Shown here: positions 21,873 through 32,568 of the stretch, piece by piece
Layout: the number at the start of each line of letters is the position of its first letter
Numbering within the stretch: position 1 is the first letter of the stretch
NCBI GenBank assembly: GCA_963758525.1
Contig: CAVWVQ010000005.1
Span: 96,001-160,000 of the forward strand
DNA length: 64,000 nucleotides
From: an uncultured Phycisphaerales bacterium
GTDB taxonomy: Bacteria > Planctomycetota > Phycisphaerae > Tepidisphaerales > Tepidisphaeraceae
Reading direction: 5' to 3'
The notes under the pieces: generated by a model
What the model was told of the DNA's origin: nothing
Database searches by the model: none
What the model saw: the letters and a program-made list of their open reading frames with translations, nothing else
Translations under genes and position numbers: made by a program

Positions 21873-24800
21873 GGGCACTCAACCCAAATGGACGGATGCG
21901 CAGCGAAAGGCAATTGACACGGTCGACAGCAGTTTGCTCGTTTCCGCCGCCGCCGGTTCGGGGAAAACGTCGGTGCTGGCGGAGCGATGCGTGCATCTGG
22001 TCTCCGACGCCCAGTCGCCCTGTGACGTGGACGAATTGCTGGTGGTGACCTTTACCGACGCGGCCGCGGCGCAGATGAAGTCTCGCATCGGCGAATCGCT
22101 CCGCCGCCGCGCGGCGCGATCGCCATCAGATCGACTGACCCGTCAGCTCGCCCTGGTCGATCACGCGCAAGTCAGCACGCTGCACGGCTTCTGTGCCCGG
22201 GTTCTGCGGCAGAACTTTCATCTGGCCGGAATCGATCCCGCGTTCCGCATCCTCGACAGCGAAGAAGCCTTTCTGTTGCGATCGGAAACCGCGCGCGAAC
22301 TGCTGCGCGACAGCTATGACGCGGGCGACGCCGCCGCTTTCGGGCGGTTTCTCGACGCCTACTGCGAGGGGGACGATCAGCGCCTGGTGAAGCTGATCGT
22401 CAAAACCCATGAAATGCTCTGCAGCCTCATCGATCCCAACAAGTGGATGCGCGAAGCAAAACAGCGCCACGTGCAGGCTTCCAGGGGGAAGCTGGCGGAC
22501 TCGGAGCTGGGAAAGGAACTGCATGCGTGGATTGCGCGCGGCTTTTCCGAACTGCGGGAGCAATGCGATGCCGGCCTGAGGCAATTGCGCGGCTTGCGCG
22601 GATTTTCGATGTATGAAAACGACATCGCCACGAATCTGATCCCGTTGATACGGCACTGGCAGCGGGTGTTTGCCTCTGACGGACTGGACGCGCTGGCGGA
22701 GGAAGTGGCGGTCGAGCTTCCGCGGCTGCCAGGCGTGTCGAACGCGATCGCTGGGAAAGACGTGGCCAAGTCGGTTGTCGATACGATTCGAAACCAGATG
22801 AAGAAGGGGGCCTGGCGCGACGTGCTGGCTTTCAAGACGGCACAGTGGCAGCAGGGCCTGCTTGAGACGCTCCCGTACGCGAAGACATTTCTCGATCTCG
22901 TCGGGCAATTTGCCCGCCGGTATCGCAGCGCAAAGGACGCGGAACGGGCGCTGGACTTTGCCGATCTGGAACGGCATACGCTGCGGGTGCTTTCCGACAA
23001 GGGCAAGCCATCCGCGACGGCGTTGGCTTACCACCGGCGCTTTGCGCACGTGCTTGTCGATGAATATCAGGATATCAACGAATTGCAGGACGAAATTCTT
23101 TCGCTGGTGAGTCACGAGCGCGCAGAGGCACGATCGAACATGCCGGCGAATTTGTTCTGCGTGGGTGACGTCAAGCAGAGCATTTACCGCTTCCGTCTTG
23201 CGGAGCCGGGGCGATTTTTGAAGAAGGAGAAGGAACTTCGCGCCGGCGGGCTCTGGGGCGGCCAAGTGATCGACTTGCAGGAGAATTTCCGGAGCCGCGG
23301 GCCGCTGCTGGAGGCAATCAATGGCGTCTTCGAGCGGCTGATGACTCGCGAGGCAGCCGACATTTCCTATGACACGTCGCATCGCCTCGTGCCCATGCAA
23401 GAATATCCGCCGGATCAGGGCGGGCGCGGTTTTCGCGGGGCGCCGATTGAATTGCACCTGGTCGCAAAAATCGGCGATACAGACCAGAGCGAGGATGACG
23501 ACGGTTCCGAGCCGGATCGCACCGAGCGGGAGGGGATTCTGGTCGCCCGGCGAATTCGCCAGTTGATGGGCATGGAGCCGGGGACGCAGCCGATGCTGGT
23601 TGCCGACACTGGCCCTGACGGCTCGAAGATGCTCCGCCCGATCCGGTTTTCCGACATCGTCATTTTGCTGCGGACGATGAAATTCAAAGCCGAGCAGTTT
23701 GCCCGCATGCTGGCCGACGCGGACGTTCCCGTGCATGCCGACAGCGTCACCGGCTACTTCGAGTCGATGGAGGTGCGCGACATGCTCGCGCTGCTTCACC
23801 TGCTGGACAACCTCCAGCAGGACATTCCGCTGGCGACGCTGCTGCGCAGCCCGCTGGCTGGGCTGCCCGCGCCGGAGGACGCAATGGCGCGCATCCGCGT
23901 GGCCTATCCCCCCAGCTCCACGGGCGATGTGCCGTTCCATCAGGCGGTCGTGCGTTACTCAGCCGAAAAGGACGATGAGCTGGCGGCGCATCTGCGTGAT
24001 CTGTTGCAGGCCGTGAAAGGTTGCGCGACACGGCGCAACGCCGCCCGCTCGATGAACTGCTCTGGGACATCTACCAGCAGACGGGATTTCTCGCCTTCTG
24101 CGAGGGGCTTTCCAATGGAGCACAGCGTGTCGCCAACCTGCAGTTGTTGCGGCAGAAAGCGACGCAGTTCGGCACCTTCGGCCGCCAGGGATTGGCCCGT
24201 TTTCTGGAGCTGCTTGAATCGCTCCGCGAAGAGGCGGATCTCGGATTGCCCTCGACCGCGACTGCCGCGCAGGATGTCGTGCGAATCATGAGCGTCCATC
24301 GCTCCAAGGGCCTGGAATTTCCCGTCGTCTTCGTCCCGGATCTGGGGAAGGGAATCAATCTCGACGACTGCCGCGGGATGATTCTGACCGACCGGCAGTT
24401 TGGACTGGGGCTCAACGTGGTGGATCAGGCGCGGTTCATTCACTACCCATCCCTCGCTTCCACGCTGGTTCGCAACCGCCTGAGGCAGCAGGCGATGGCG
24501 GAGGAACTGCGGGTGCTTTACGTCGCGATGACCCGCGCCAAGGAGCATCTGGTGATGATGGGAACCGCCAGCGACAAGGCCCTGGACTATCTCATCTCAC
24601 GCTGGGCGGGCCATCGCGGCAAATTCCCCGCCGACCATATTCTCGGCGTCAACTCCATGCTCCAATGGCTTGTGTCGGTGGCCTCGGCCAGCAGCTCGCT
24701 GACGCCCGCGATTTTCGAACTGCATCGCTATCCCGTTGAAGATGTCGCTGCCTTGCGCAGCGAGGCCGATCGAAGGGCGGCGTTGACGCCCGAGGAAATT

Positions 24801-25544
24801 GCGATCGCTCGCCTCGAGCCCTTGCACGATATTGCTGGCACTACATCCAGCGCCGATCGCATCATCAGCCGGCTTGAGGCGAAGTATCCATTTGAGCGAT
24901 TTACGAAAGTCCCCGCCGCCCAATCGGTGACCGGGCATATGCAGACATCGGAGAGCGACGCTCCCTCCCTCCGCTCCGCGCATGGCGCGCCGCTGGAGAA
25001 GGCGCTGGAACGGCCCGCATTTCTGTTCGAGCAGACGCCGATCTCAGCCACCGAGCGCGGGACCGCGACGCATCTGGTCCTGCAGCATCTGGACTTTGCC
25101 GCTCCCTGCGACGAGGCGGATGTCGAACGGCAGATCAATGAGATGATCGCCCGTCGCGTGATGTCCGAAGCGGAGGCCGGTGCCGTCGATCGCAACGCAC
25201 TGGTCTGGTTCCTGGAGAGCGAGATCGGGAAACGGCTGAAACGCCATGCCGGGCAGATTCGCCGGGAGATTCCGGTCTATTTCACGCTCGATGGGGCGGG
25301 GGTTGATCCGATCGATCAGCCCATGATCCGCGGCCGGCTCGATCTGCTGCTGCCGCTGGACGACGGTCACTTGATTGTCGATTACAAAACCGATGCCGTG
25401 AATGCGTCATCCATTCATTCGTGCGCCGACGAATACCGGCCGCAGATGGAGCTGTATCGGCAGGCGATCGAGCGCATCACGCTCCGGCCCGTGCGCGAAG
25501 TTCACCTAGTGTTTCTCTCGGCGCGAAGCATCATTGTTCAATAG
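21862..25544 (+). CDS. addA: ATP-dependent helicase/nuclease subunit A, apparent frameshift near 24012
   Basis: WTDAQRKAI, VSAAAGSGKTSVL, VTFTDAAA, VDEYQD, VGDVKQSIYRFR, LQENFRS, MSVHRSKGLEFP, LYVAMTRAKE, RGRLDLL...VDYKTD. Confidence 0.95.
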
Positions 25545-25556
25545 TTGAACCGCGCC

Positions 25557-28129
25557 TCACTTGATCTGCAGGAGCTCCTCGGCGGTCCACTCCGCGTCGC
25601 CGCGGCCGGCGGTTTCCTCGCGGATTTGCTTCACCGTTGCAACGTCGATCGGATTTGCTTCGTGTCCCCATTCGCGCCGAAGATACGTCAGTGCCGAAGC
25701 GATTTGCTCGTCCGTGAGCACCTTCAGCCCGGGCATTTCCAGATCGATCGATTTCTTCCCGACGGTGATCGGCCCATGCAGACCGTTGAGAACGATCCGA
25801 ACCGGCCGGCTCTGCGGCCCCAGCAGCCAGGAACTGTCGACCAGCGGGGGCGCGGTCCCTGCCATCCCCAGCCCCGAGGGTTGGTGGCATGAGGCGCAGA
25901 TCTGCCCGAAGACCACCCGCCCCTTCTCGAAGAGGTCCTGTTGCGCAGAGGTGAGCGGCGTCAGCGGAGGCGTCGTGTCGCCCGGCTTGCCCGGCCAGCT
26001 CATCACCGCCATCACGCGCTTCGCCGGATTGCTGATTTTTCTGTCAGCATTGGCAACGAGATCGCCTAGTCCCTTCGGTTCATCCGGCATGCGCAGATGG
26101 CGGGCCACCATGTGGCTCTTGGGATCGGGCGCTACCGCGTCGGCGATTCCCGCCAGCATCGCCTCCTGCGCCGCTTTGGCCTCGGCCGGCTGCAGCGAAA
26201 TGAGCGTAATGAGTTGCGAGATGCGCGGGGTTGCGCCCGCGGAGCACGCAGTCCGAAAGCTCCTTCAATAAATTCATTTTCCCCGGCGTCTCCTCCGAGA
26301 AGGCCTTGCCGCTCAGAAGCTGCTGCAGAAATTCCAGCTCCCGCCCGGTGGCGCCGTTGATGGCGGCGGCGCGGAACATCGCATCGGACATATGGCCCGC
26401 GAGGATCTGCGACGCGGCCGATTGCACATCCGGCATATCTGGCGCGGCCAGCGCCAGCACCTCCAGTTGAACCGCCGGATCGGGATCGTTGACCAGGCCT
26501 GCCATCGCCTTGATCAGAGCGGGCCCGCTGCGCTTGCGGATCATTGATTCCCCGGCCCGCAATGCAGTCAGCCGGACGCGCGCGTCGGAGTCCTTCGTCG
26601 CGTCGGCGGCGATACCATCCTCCAGCGAATCGATCCCCTCCAGTGTCCAGAGGGCGTGCACCTTGGCGATTGCCGGTGTCTGCGGGGATGCGCTGGCGAC
26701 GATCTTTTCCAGCAGCGGGGAAACGCGCATGTCATGCCGCTCCACGATCAGCCGCTGGGCGGTGTCGCGAAACCAACCGTTCGGATTGGCGAGTTGCTTT
26801 ACCAACTCGTCAGACGTTGCCTTGGCAAGCAGCGGCATGGCGCCGGGCTTTGCGCCGTCGGCCGAGATGCGCCAGATCCGCCCGCGATGTCCCTTGTTGT
26901 CCGCCAGGTCGCGCTTCTGGATCTGGTCCTGCAGATAGGCGCTGATGTAGGTCTTGTGCTGCAGAATCCCGTGATACAGATCGACGACATAGAGAGCGCC
27001 GTCGGGACCGCTGGAAAGACTGACCGGGCGGAATCGCTCGTCGGTCGAGGTGAGAAAATCAATCCCGTCGTGACGCACGCCTTGTGCGGTGATCTCGATG
27101 CCGTTTTGCGACAACGCCTGGCACGAGACGAGATTGCCGGCCGGCTCGCAGATGAACGCACTGCCCCGATACTCGGCGGGAAAAGCGTCGCCGCGATAGA
27201 TCGTCGGACTGCAGGAAGCGGTGGGGCGTTGCAGCTTGCCGTTCAGATCCAAATCCTCGGTATATCCGCGATTAACGCCCGGATTGACACGCGACGGATA
27301 GGTCTTGTTCGCCGCGATCAGAACGTTCAACCCCGGCGGCGAATCGAGGAACGGATTGACGCTCATGTCCTCGGCTGGGAGCAGGTCGCAGCGAAGCAGA
27401 TTGCTGTTGTTGTTGTAAAACAGATGCCCGGCATCGTCCTGTGAGATGCCGTACTGGCCCCGCATGATCGTTCCCTCGCGATGAAACTTGCGGGCGAGAA
27501 AGTTGAAGCGGGTGCCCCAGTCGGCGTCGTAATACCAGTTGTCGATCGACCGCATCAGCCCGTTGGGATCGTATTCCACATCGAGCTTGCGCAGTCCGAA
27601 GTCGGAGAAGAGCAGCGTTTTCTGATCGGCTTGGCCCGTGCCTTTGGTGTCCTGGCAGAGCCAGAGATTCGGCGGCTCGCCGATCAGCACGTCTTTGCCG
27701 GCCAATCCAACCGCGCGGAGCGACCAGCTTATCCGCGAAGATCGTGCTCTTATCGTATTTCCAGTTGCGGGCGGAACTGTCCAGCAGGGAAACGCGCCCG
27801 ACGGGATCGAGCTCACCAGTGTCGGCAAAGTCGGGCATGTAGCCGCGCATTTCGACGACATACATGCGTCCGTCCGCGTCGAAGGTGATCGCCACCGGCT
27901 CTTCGACCATCGGCTCCGATGCCACCAGTTCGATATGAAAGCCGGGCGGAAGCTTGAAGGTTGCAAGCTCCTCTTGGGGCGTTCGCACCGGCGCAGGCGG
28001 GATGACGGCGATATGGTATTTTGGCCGCTGCTTCGACAGGTCGCCTCCGGAGGGCCCGGCCGCCAACTTCACCGCCATCGCGGCCAGCACGCAGCAACCT
28101 GCCGCCAGCAAGAACCACCGCTTTTTCAT
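25557..28129 (-). CDS. PVC-type secreted dehydrogenase-like beta-propeller + HEAT repeats + C-terminal cytochrome c, apparent frameshifts near 27720 and 26236
   Basis: Signal peptide MKKRWFLL; FKLPPGFHIELVASEP, FDADGRMYVVEMRGYMP, FRPVSLSSGPDGALYVVD, GRIWRI, NGWFRDTAQRL, HALWTLEG; CASCH heme motif and distal MP. Confidence 0.85.
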
Positions 28130-28144
28130 AATGAACACTCCACC

Positions 28145-29077
28145 TTAATGCTGACGGCCCATGATCAGCAGGGCGATCGTCAGAACCTCGAGAAAGATTG
28201 CGAATTGCAGCACAACGCCGATGTCCGGGTAGCCGCGCATCCACCCGACGAACAGTGCCGCCAGCGCGATCACCTGCACGATGCCCGCGAGCAATTTCGT
28301 AATCGAAAACTCGCTGTGCGGCTGCTCGCGGCCGCGACGAACTTCCTGCAGAATCTGCTGGGCAAGCGCGTCCATCCGGTCGATCAGCGCAGCCGATCCC
28401 TCTGATGGCGACGACGCGGGCGCCATATCGAGGTTGGAAACCTCGGCTTTCGTTGGCGCTGGAGGCGGCGGCCGGGTATCGACAATTGCGGGAATATCGG
28501 ATCGCGTTTGCATTTCGATGATGGCCATCGCCGCCAGAAGCGAGTCGACCTCATAGTCCGCGGTCACCGCCGAATGTGCGCTGGCCGCGGGCGATGTGAG
28601 CAGCTTCGGATCCTTGAACAAAATGGTTCGGCAGCCGACCGCATCACCCGCCTCAATATCCCGCGGGGCGTCTCCAACCACCCAGCTGCGCGACAGGTCC
28701 AACGCCAGGCGCTGAGCCGCCTGCAGAATCATTCCAGGCTTTGGCTTGCGCAGATCGCTTTCCTTGCGATACGCCTCGACCTTCGCTTCCGGATGAAACG
28801 GACAATACTCGTGACGATCGATCACCGCCGCCGGATTCTGATCCAGCAGCAGCTCATCGAGCCGCGCATTGACGGCATGCACGCTCTCCTCGGTAAACAT
28901 GCCGCGCGCTACACCGCTCTGATTGGTAAATACCACCGTTGCATAGCCGAGTTGTCGCGCTCGCGCGATCGCGTCAGCCGCGCCGTCGATCAAGACTACT
29001 TTCTCGGGATCCCCCAGATATCCGTCGCTGACAATGAGGGTATTATCCCGATCAAAGAAAACCGCCGGTCGTTTCAT
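28145..29077 (-). CDS. HAD-IIIA phosphatase (GmhB/HisB-N-like) with C-terminal linker and two TM helices
   Basis: AVFFDRDNTL, TNQSGVARG, YCPFHP, RKPKPGM, VVGDAPRDIEAG; C-terminal LLAGIVQVIALAALFVG and VVLQFAIFLEVLTIALLIMG. Confidence 0.85.
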   Translation of the reverse strand: MKRPAVFFDRDNTLIVSDGYLGDPEKVVLIDGAADAIARARQLGYATVVFTNQSGVARGMFTEESVHAVNARLDELLLDQNPAAVIDRHEYCPFHPEAKVEAYRKESDLRKPKPGMILQAAQRLALDLSRSWVVGDAPRDIEAGDAVGCRTILFKDPKLLTSPAASAHSAVTADYEVDSLLAAMAIIEMQTRSDIPAIVDTRPPPPAPTKAEVSNLDMAPASSPSEGSAALIDRMDALAQQILQEVRRGREQPHSEFSITKLLAGIVQVIALAALFVGWMRGYPDIGVVLQFAIFLEVLTIALLIMGRQH

Positions 29078-29144
29078 GTGTTCGGTATCATCCGACGATG
29101 ACGGGTGGTTGTCGAGCGCATTCCGCGTTCTAACAGAGCCGCCG

Positions 29145-29170
29145 GTAGCCGCGGATGTACATCCGCGGCT
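29145..29170. repeat. REP-like palindrome (GGATGTACATCC family)
   Basis: GTAGCCGCGGATGTACATCCGCGGCT. Confidence 0.88.
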
Positions 29171-29243
29171 TCTGTCCGCTGCTCCGCTGCACTTGGACGT
29201 GCGACGATCCGGAGATGCATTTGCGTCCACCAATCCCACTAAA

Positions 29244-29726
29244 ATGAATCTTCCCGCGCACCGTTTCAGTCTCGCTCTGTTCCACCCGCAGATCGCGCCC
29301 AACACTGGGAACATTTCACGTCTGTGCGTCGCCACCGGAACCTCTCTGCACCTGGTCCGGCCCCTGGGCTTTGTGCTCTCCGACCGCAATCTCCGCCGCA
29401 GCGCGATGGATTACTGGCCGCGCCTCAAGCTGACGATGCACGACGACGCCGGCAGTTTCTTTGCATGCATGCAGCAAACGCCGATGTGGTTTTTTACCAG
29501 CAAGGCGGACCGATCGCTGTGGGATACCACCTTTACCGACGGTGACTGCCTGGTCTTTGGAAATGAAACTCAAGGCTTGCCGGAATCACTGATAGCGACA
29601 AATCGAGACCGGGCCGTGCGGATTCCGCAATCCCCCGGAGAACGATGCCTGAATCTCTCGACGGCGGCCGGGATCGGTTTGTACGAGGCGCTGCGGAGAT
29701 GCGGAGAAATCGGTGGATCTGGCTAA
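29244..29726 (+). CDS. trmL: tRNA (cytidine/uridine(34)-2'-O)-methyltransferase
   Basis: PQIAPNTGNISRLC, LHLVRPLGF, LRRSAMDYW, FGNETQGLP, RCLNLS, YEALR. Confidence 0.93.
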   Translation: MNLPAHRFSLALFHPQIAPNTGNISRLCVATGTSLHLVRPLGFVLSDRNLRRSAMDYWPRLKLTMHDDAGSFFACMQQTPMWFFTSKADRSLWDTTFTDGDCLVFGNETQGLPESLIATNRDRAVRIPQSPGERCLNLSTAAGIGLYEALRRCGEIGGSG

Positions 29727-30505
29727 TCGGAATCAAAAATCCCGTTGGGATCCACCTGCAGCACCACCCCCGAATCCGCGCACACGGCGGTCAGCCGGCC
29801 CCGCGGTCCGAGGCACGCTCCCGTGTCAGTCAGCACGATCTGCGGCCCGCGCATCGGCACGTTGACGTTCGGATCGTAATTGATCACCGGCGTATGTCCG
29901 AAATATCCCGTGCGTCTCCATGCTTTGGGATTGGCGATTTCCTCGGGCGAATAACGGCCCCACAACAGCCGGTGGCGGGCGCGATTGTCGTTCTCCAGCG
30001 TCTTGGCCAGGTCGTCGGGAGCGTCAATGTTCCACATCGCGTGGGCGACGAAGATGTCGTCGAACTCGGCGAAAGGGAGCAGCGAACGCATGAACCTTCG
30101 ATGCGAAGGGGGCACCGCGCCCAGCATCAGCGCCAGCCGCTGCGGATTTGGACGGCGTATCAGATTCTCGATGTCAGAAGGGTTGATCCGGTAACTGGTC
30201 AGCGTCGTCTTGAGCCCGTGCTGTGAGAACCAGCGGAACGCGGTGAGCGAATCGGGCGTTTTCTCATCGTTGACGTAACATTCCCCGTTGAGCACAAGAT
30301 CGAAAACGTCGTCATGGTTGCCGCGGAGGAAGATCGCGTCGTCCAGCGAGAGCAGCAACTCAATCACCCGCGCCGAGTCCGGCCCGCGGTTGACGTAGTC
30401 GCCGGCAAAGATGAACTTCGGATTCCAGTCGTGCGCCCGAATCGACACGAGCAGCGTTTCCAGCGGCCGAAGCATTCCGTGAATGTCGCCAATAATCCAA
30501 CGCAT
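29723..30505 (-). CDS. Metallophosphoesterase (PPP Ser/Thr phosphatase-like)
   Basis: IGDIHG, GDYVNRGPDS, LRGNHD, FGHTP, DTGA. Confidence 0.92.
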   Translation of the reverse strand: MRWIIGDIHGMLRPLETLLVSIRAHDWNPKFIFAGDYVNRGPDSARVIELLLSLDDAIFLRGNHDDVFDLVLNGECYVNDEKTPDSLTAFRWFSQHGLKTTLTSYRINPSDIENLIRRPNPQRLALMLGAVPPSHRRFMRSLLPFAEFDDIFVAHAMWNIDAPDDLAKTLENDNRARHRLLWGRYSPEEIANPKAWRRTGYFGHTPVINYDPNVNVPMRGPQIVLTDTGACLGPRGRLTAVCADSGVVLQVDPNGIFDSD

Positions 30506-30643
30506 CGATGACCCTGCTCGCTGAAGCGCGCCCGCAAACCGTTTAGCGGCCGCCCGGAGGGCCGCGGAATCGTACCCGCACATGCTCGCGCACGTTCGCG
30601 AACGTTCATGCACGTGCAGTATACTGATCTAAAAGGAGCGTCA

Positions 30644-30997
30644 ATGGCAAATGCACTGTTCGAGAACGTCAGCCCCCTGGCCCGGAAAAAATGCCAGGCA
30701 TGCGAAGGAGCATCCGGCAAGCTGTCCGAGATGCAGATTAACACTCTCCTCGGCGACGCCCCAGGCTGGGCATTCGCCGGCGGTGAACTCGCCAGAACCT
30801 TCAAATTCAAGAATTATTTCGAAACCGTCGCGTTCGTGAACGCGCTCGCGTGGATCTCGCACCGCGAAGACCATCACCCCGATCTCGAGGTCGGCTACAA
30901 CACCTGCAAAGTGCGCTACAGTACACATTCCGTCGGCGGATTGTCGGAAAATGATTTTATCTGTGCCGCGAAGCTGGAGGCGCTGCTGGCCCTCTGA
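30644..30997 (+). CDS. phhB: Pterin-4-alpha-carbinolamine dehydratase
   Basis: RTFKFKNY, EDHHPDL, THSVGGLSENDFICAAK; AAGGAG SD upstream. Confidence 0.95.
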   Translation: MANALFENVSPLARKKCQACEGASGKLSEMQINTLLGDAPGWAFAGGELARTFKFKNYFETVAFVNALAWISHREDHHPDLEVGYNTCKVRYSTHSVGGLSENDFICAAKLEALLAL

Positions 30998-31005
30998 CGC
31001 AACTC

Positions 31006-31027
31006 GTAGGGCGGGATTCATTCCGCC
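31006..31027. repeat. GTAG-type REP (single copy)
   Basis: GTAGGGCGGGATTCATTCCGCC; same family as the doublet at 53247-53314. Confidence 0.8.
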
Positions 31028-31079
31028 ATCTTGACTCTGCAGCTTCACGACCATGCGGTCACGCCCGAAACGGCAAAGA

Positions 31080-31182
31080 TGGAACACAAATCCGCACGAA
31101 TGGGCACGAATGATCACGAATAGATGCGGGGGAAATTCGCTTCGTGAAGATTCGTGCTAATTCGTGTCGATTCGTGTTCCGC
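31080..31182. repeat. Inverted short tandem repeat (CACGAAT / ATTCGTG)
   Basis: CACAAAT..CACGAAT..CACGAAT..CACGAAT followed by TTCGTG..ATTCGTG..ATTCGTG..ATTCGTG. Confidence 0.85.
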
Positions 31183-31224
31183 ATTTTTCGGCCGTCGCGG
31201 GCCATGCGGAATCGAGCAGGGCGT

Positions 31225-32424
31225 TTAGAGATTCCCCCCGTGCAGGAAATACTCCATCAGCTCATGACCGCGAGAAATTTGCAAATCGCTTGCTGCGGCA
31301 TTCTTCTCTGAATACGGGTTGGGAACCAGGCATCTCACACGCGTCCCGGCCATCGCGAAAGGTGTCGGTGCGTAGCCGTGCTTGCGCGTGGCGATGTTGG
31401 TCGGATGATCCGGCATCACCAGGATGCGCCACTGGGGGAATGTTCGCAGCTTCTCCAGCACCGGCCCGACGACGTAGCGGTCGATGTGCTCGATCGATTC
31501 GACTTTCGTCTTCACGTCCGCCTGATGAGACGCTTCGTCCGGGGCTTCGATGTGGGAGAAAACCAGATCGTACTTTTCCAGCGCCTCGGCGGTGGCTTTG
31601 CCCTGGCCGGCGTAGTCGGTGTCGTGGAAGCTGGTCATTCCGTCTACCTCGCGGATGTCCCAGCCCAGCAACACGGCCAGGCCGCGCAGCAGGTCGACGC
31701 CGGTGATCATGCACCCTTTTTCGATGCCGAAGCGCTCGACAAAACTCGGCATGTCCGGTGCGTGGCCCTGTCCCCACAGCCAGGTTTGCGTCGCGGGGTT
31801 GTAGCCGGTCTGCAGGCGCACTTCGTTGATCTCGTTGTGGGCGAACAGCTCGCGGGATTCGTCCATGATCCGGCGGAGGATGTCGGAGCCGGCGCCGCGC
31901 GGGAGATATTTTGCGATCGGCTCGTCGGGGATTTCATGCGGCGGCTTGGTCGTGACGTCAAACTTTTCGCTGCCGCGATAGACCAGCAGATTCCGGTAGC
32001 TCACCCCGAAATGGAACTCAAACCCCGGCAGGTCGAGCGAGCGGGCGAGATCGCCAATGAGTCGTTGAGCCTCCGCATTGGTAATCCCGCCGGCGGAATG
32101 ATCCTTCATGATCCCGTCGACCACGGTCACCAGATTGCAGCGAAAAACCCAGTCGGTGGGAGCCAGCGGGATGTGCTGGGCGGCCGCCTCGAGCGGCGCA
32201 CGGCCGGTGTGATAGACCGCGGGGTCGTAGCCCAGCAGGCACATCGTCGCGACATCGCTGCCGCTTTCGAAGCCGTCAGGCACGGTGCGGGCCGTTCCCT
32301 GCCGGCCCTCGATGGCGATGCGATCCATATTGGGAGTCGCGGCCGCCTCCAACGGCGTCTTGCCGCCAAGCTCTTTGAGCGGCTCGTCCGCCGCGCCGTC
32401 GGGAATGATGATGGCGTATTTCAT
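31225..32424 (-). CDS. apgM: Cofactor-independent phosphoglycerate mutase family (ApgM-type; proposed homoserine kinase subfamily)
   Basis: MKYAIIIPDGAAD, KTPLEAAATPNMD, SGSDVA, GRAPLEAAA, HIEAPDEASH, MPDHPT; directly downstream of hom. Confidence 0.85.
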   Translation of the reverse strand: MKYAIIIPDGAADEPLKELGGKTPLEAAATPNMDRIAIEGRQGTARTVPDGFESGSDVATMCLLGYDPAVYHTGRAPLEAAAQHIPLAPTDWVFRCNLVTVVDGIMKDHSAGGITNAEAQRLIGDLARSLDLPGFEFHFGVSYRNLLVYRGSEKFDVTTKPPHEIPDEPIAKYLPRGAGSDILRRIMDESRELFAHNEINEVRLQTGYNPATQTWLWGQGHAPDMPSFVERFGIEKGCMITGVDLLRGLAVLLGWDIREVDGMTSFHDTDYAGQGKATAEALEKYDLVFSHIEAPDEASHQADVKTKVESIEHIDRYVVGPVLEKLRTFPQWRILVMPDHPTNIATRKHGYAPTPFAMAGTRVRCLVPNPYSEKNAAASDLQISRGHELMEYFLHGGNL

Positions 32425-32433
32425 GTTGAACAC

Positions 32434-32568
32434 TGGTGATTGGAACGTGGAACGTGACAAGAGGGCCGTTGCGCCGAAATTGCGGAATGTCCGCCAGTTG
32501 CCTTTCTCACGTTTTGACGTTTCATGTCTTCACGCCTTTCGTCACGTTCCAATCACCAATCACCAGTC
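32434..32568. repeat. Second copy of the GGTGATT/AATCACC inverted element
   Basis: GTCACGTTCCAATCACCAATCACCAGT (32541-32567) is identical to 4248-4274; left arm CTGGTGATTGGAACGTG. Confidence 0.9.

Noticed and set aside
18409..25544. addAB pseudogenes or programmed frameshifting
   Set aside because: Motifs are intact, there are no nonsense codons or consistent slippery sites, and the same indel pattern occurs window-wide; assembly error is more likely.
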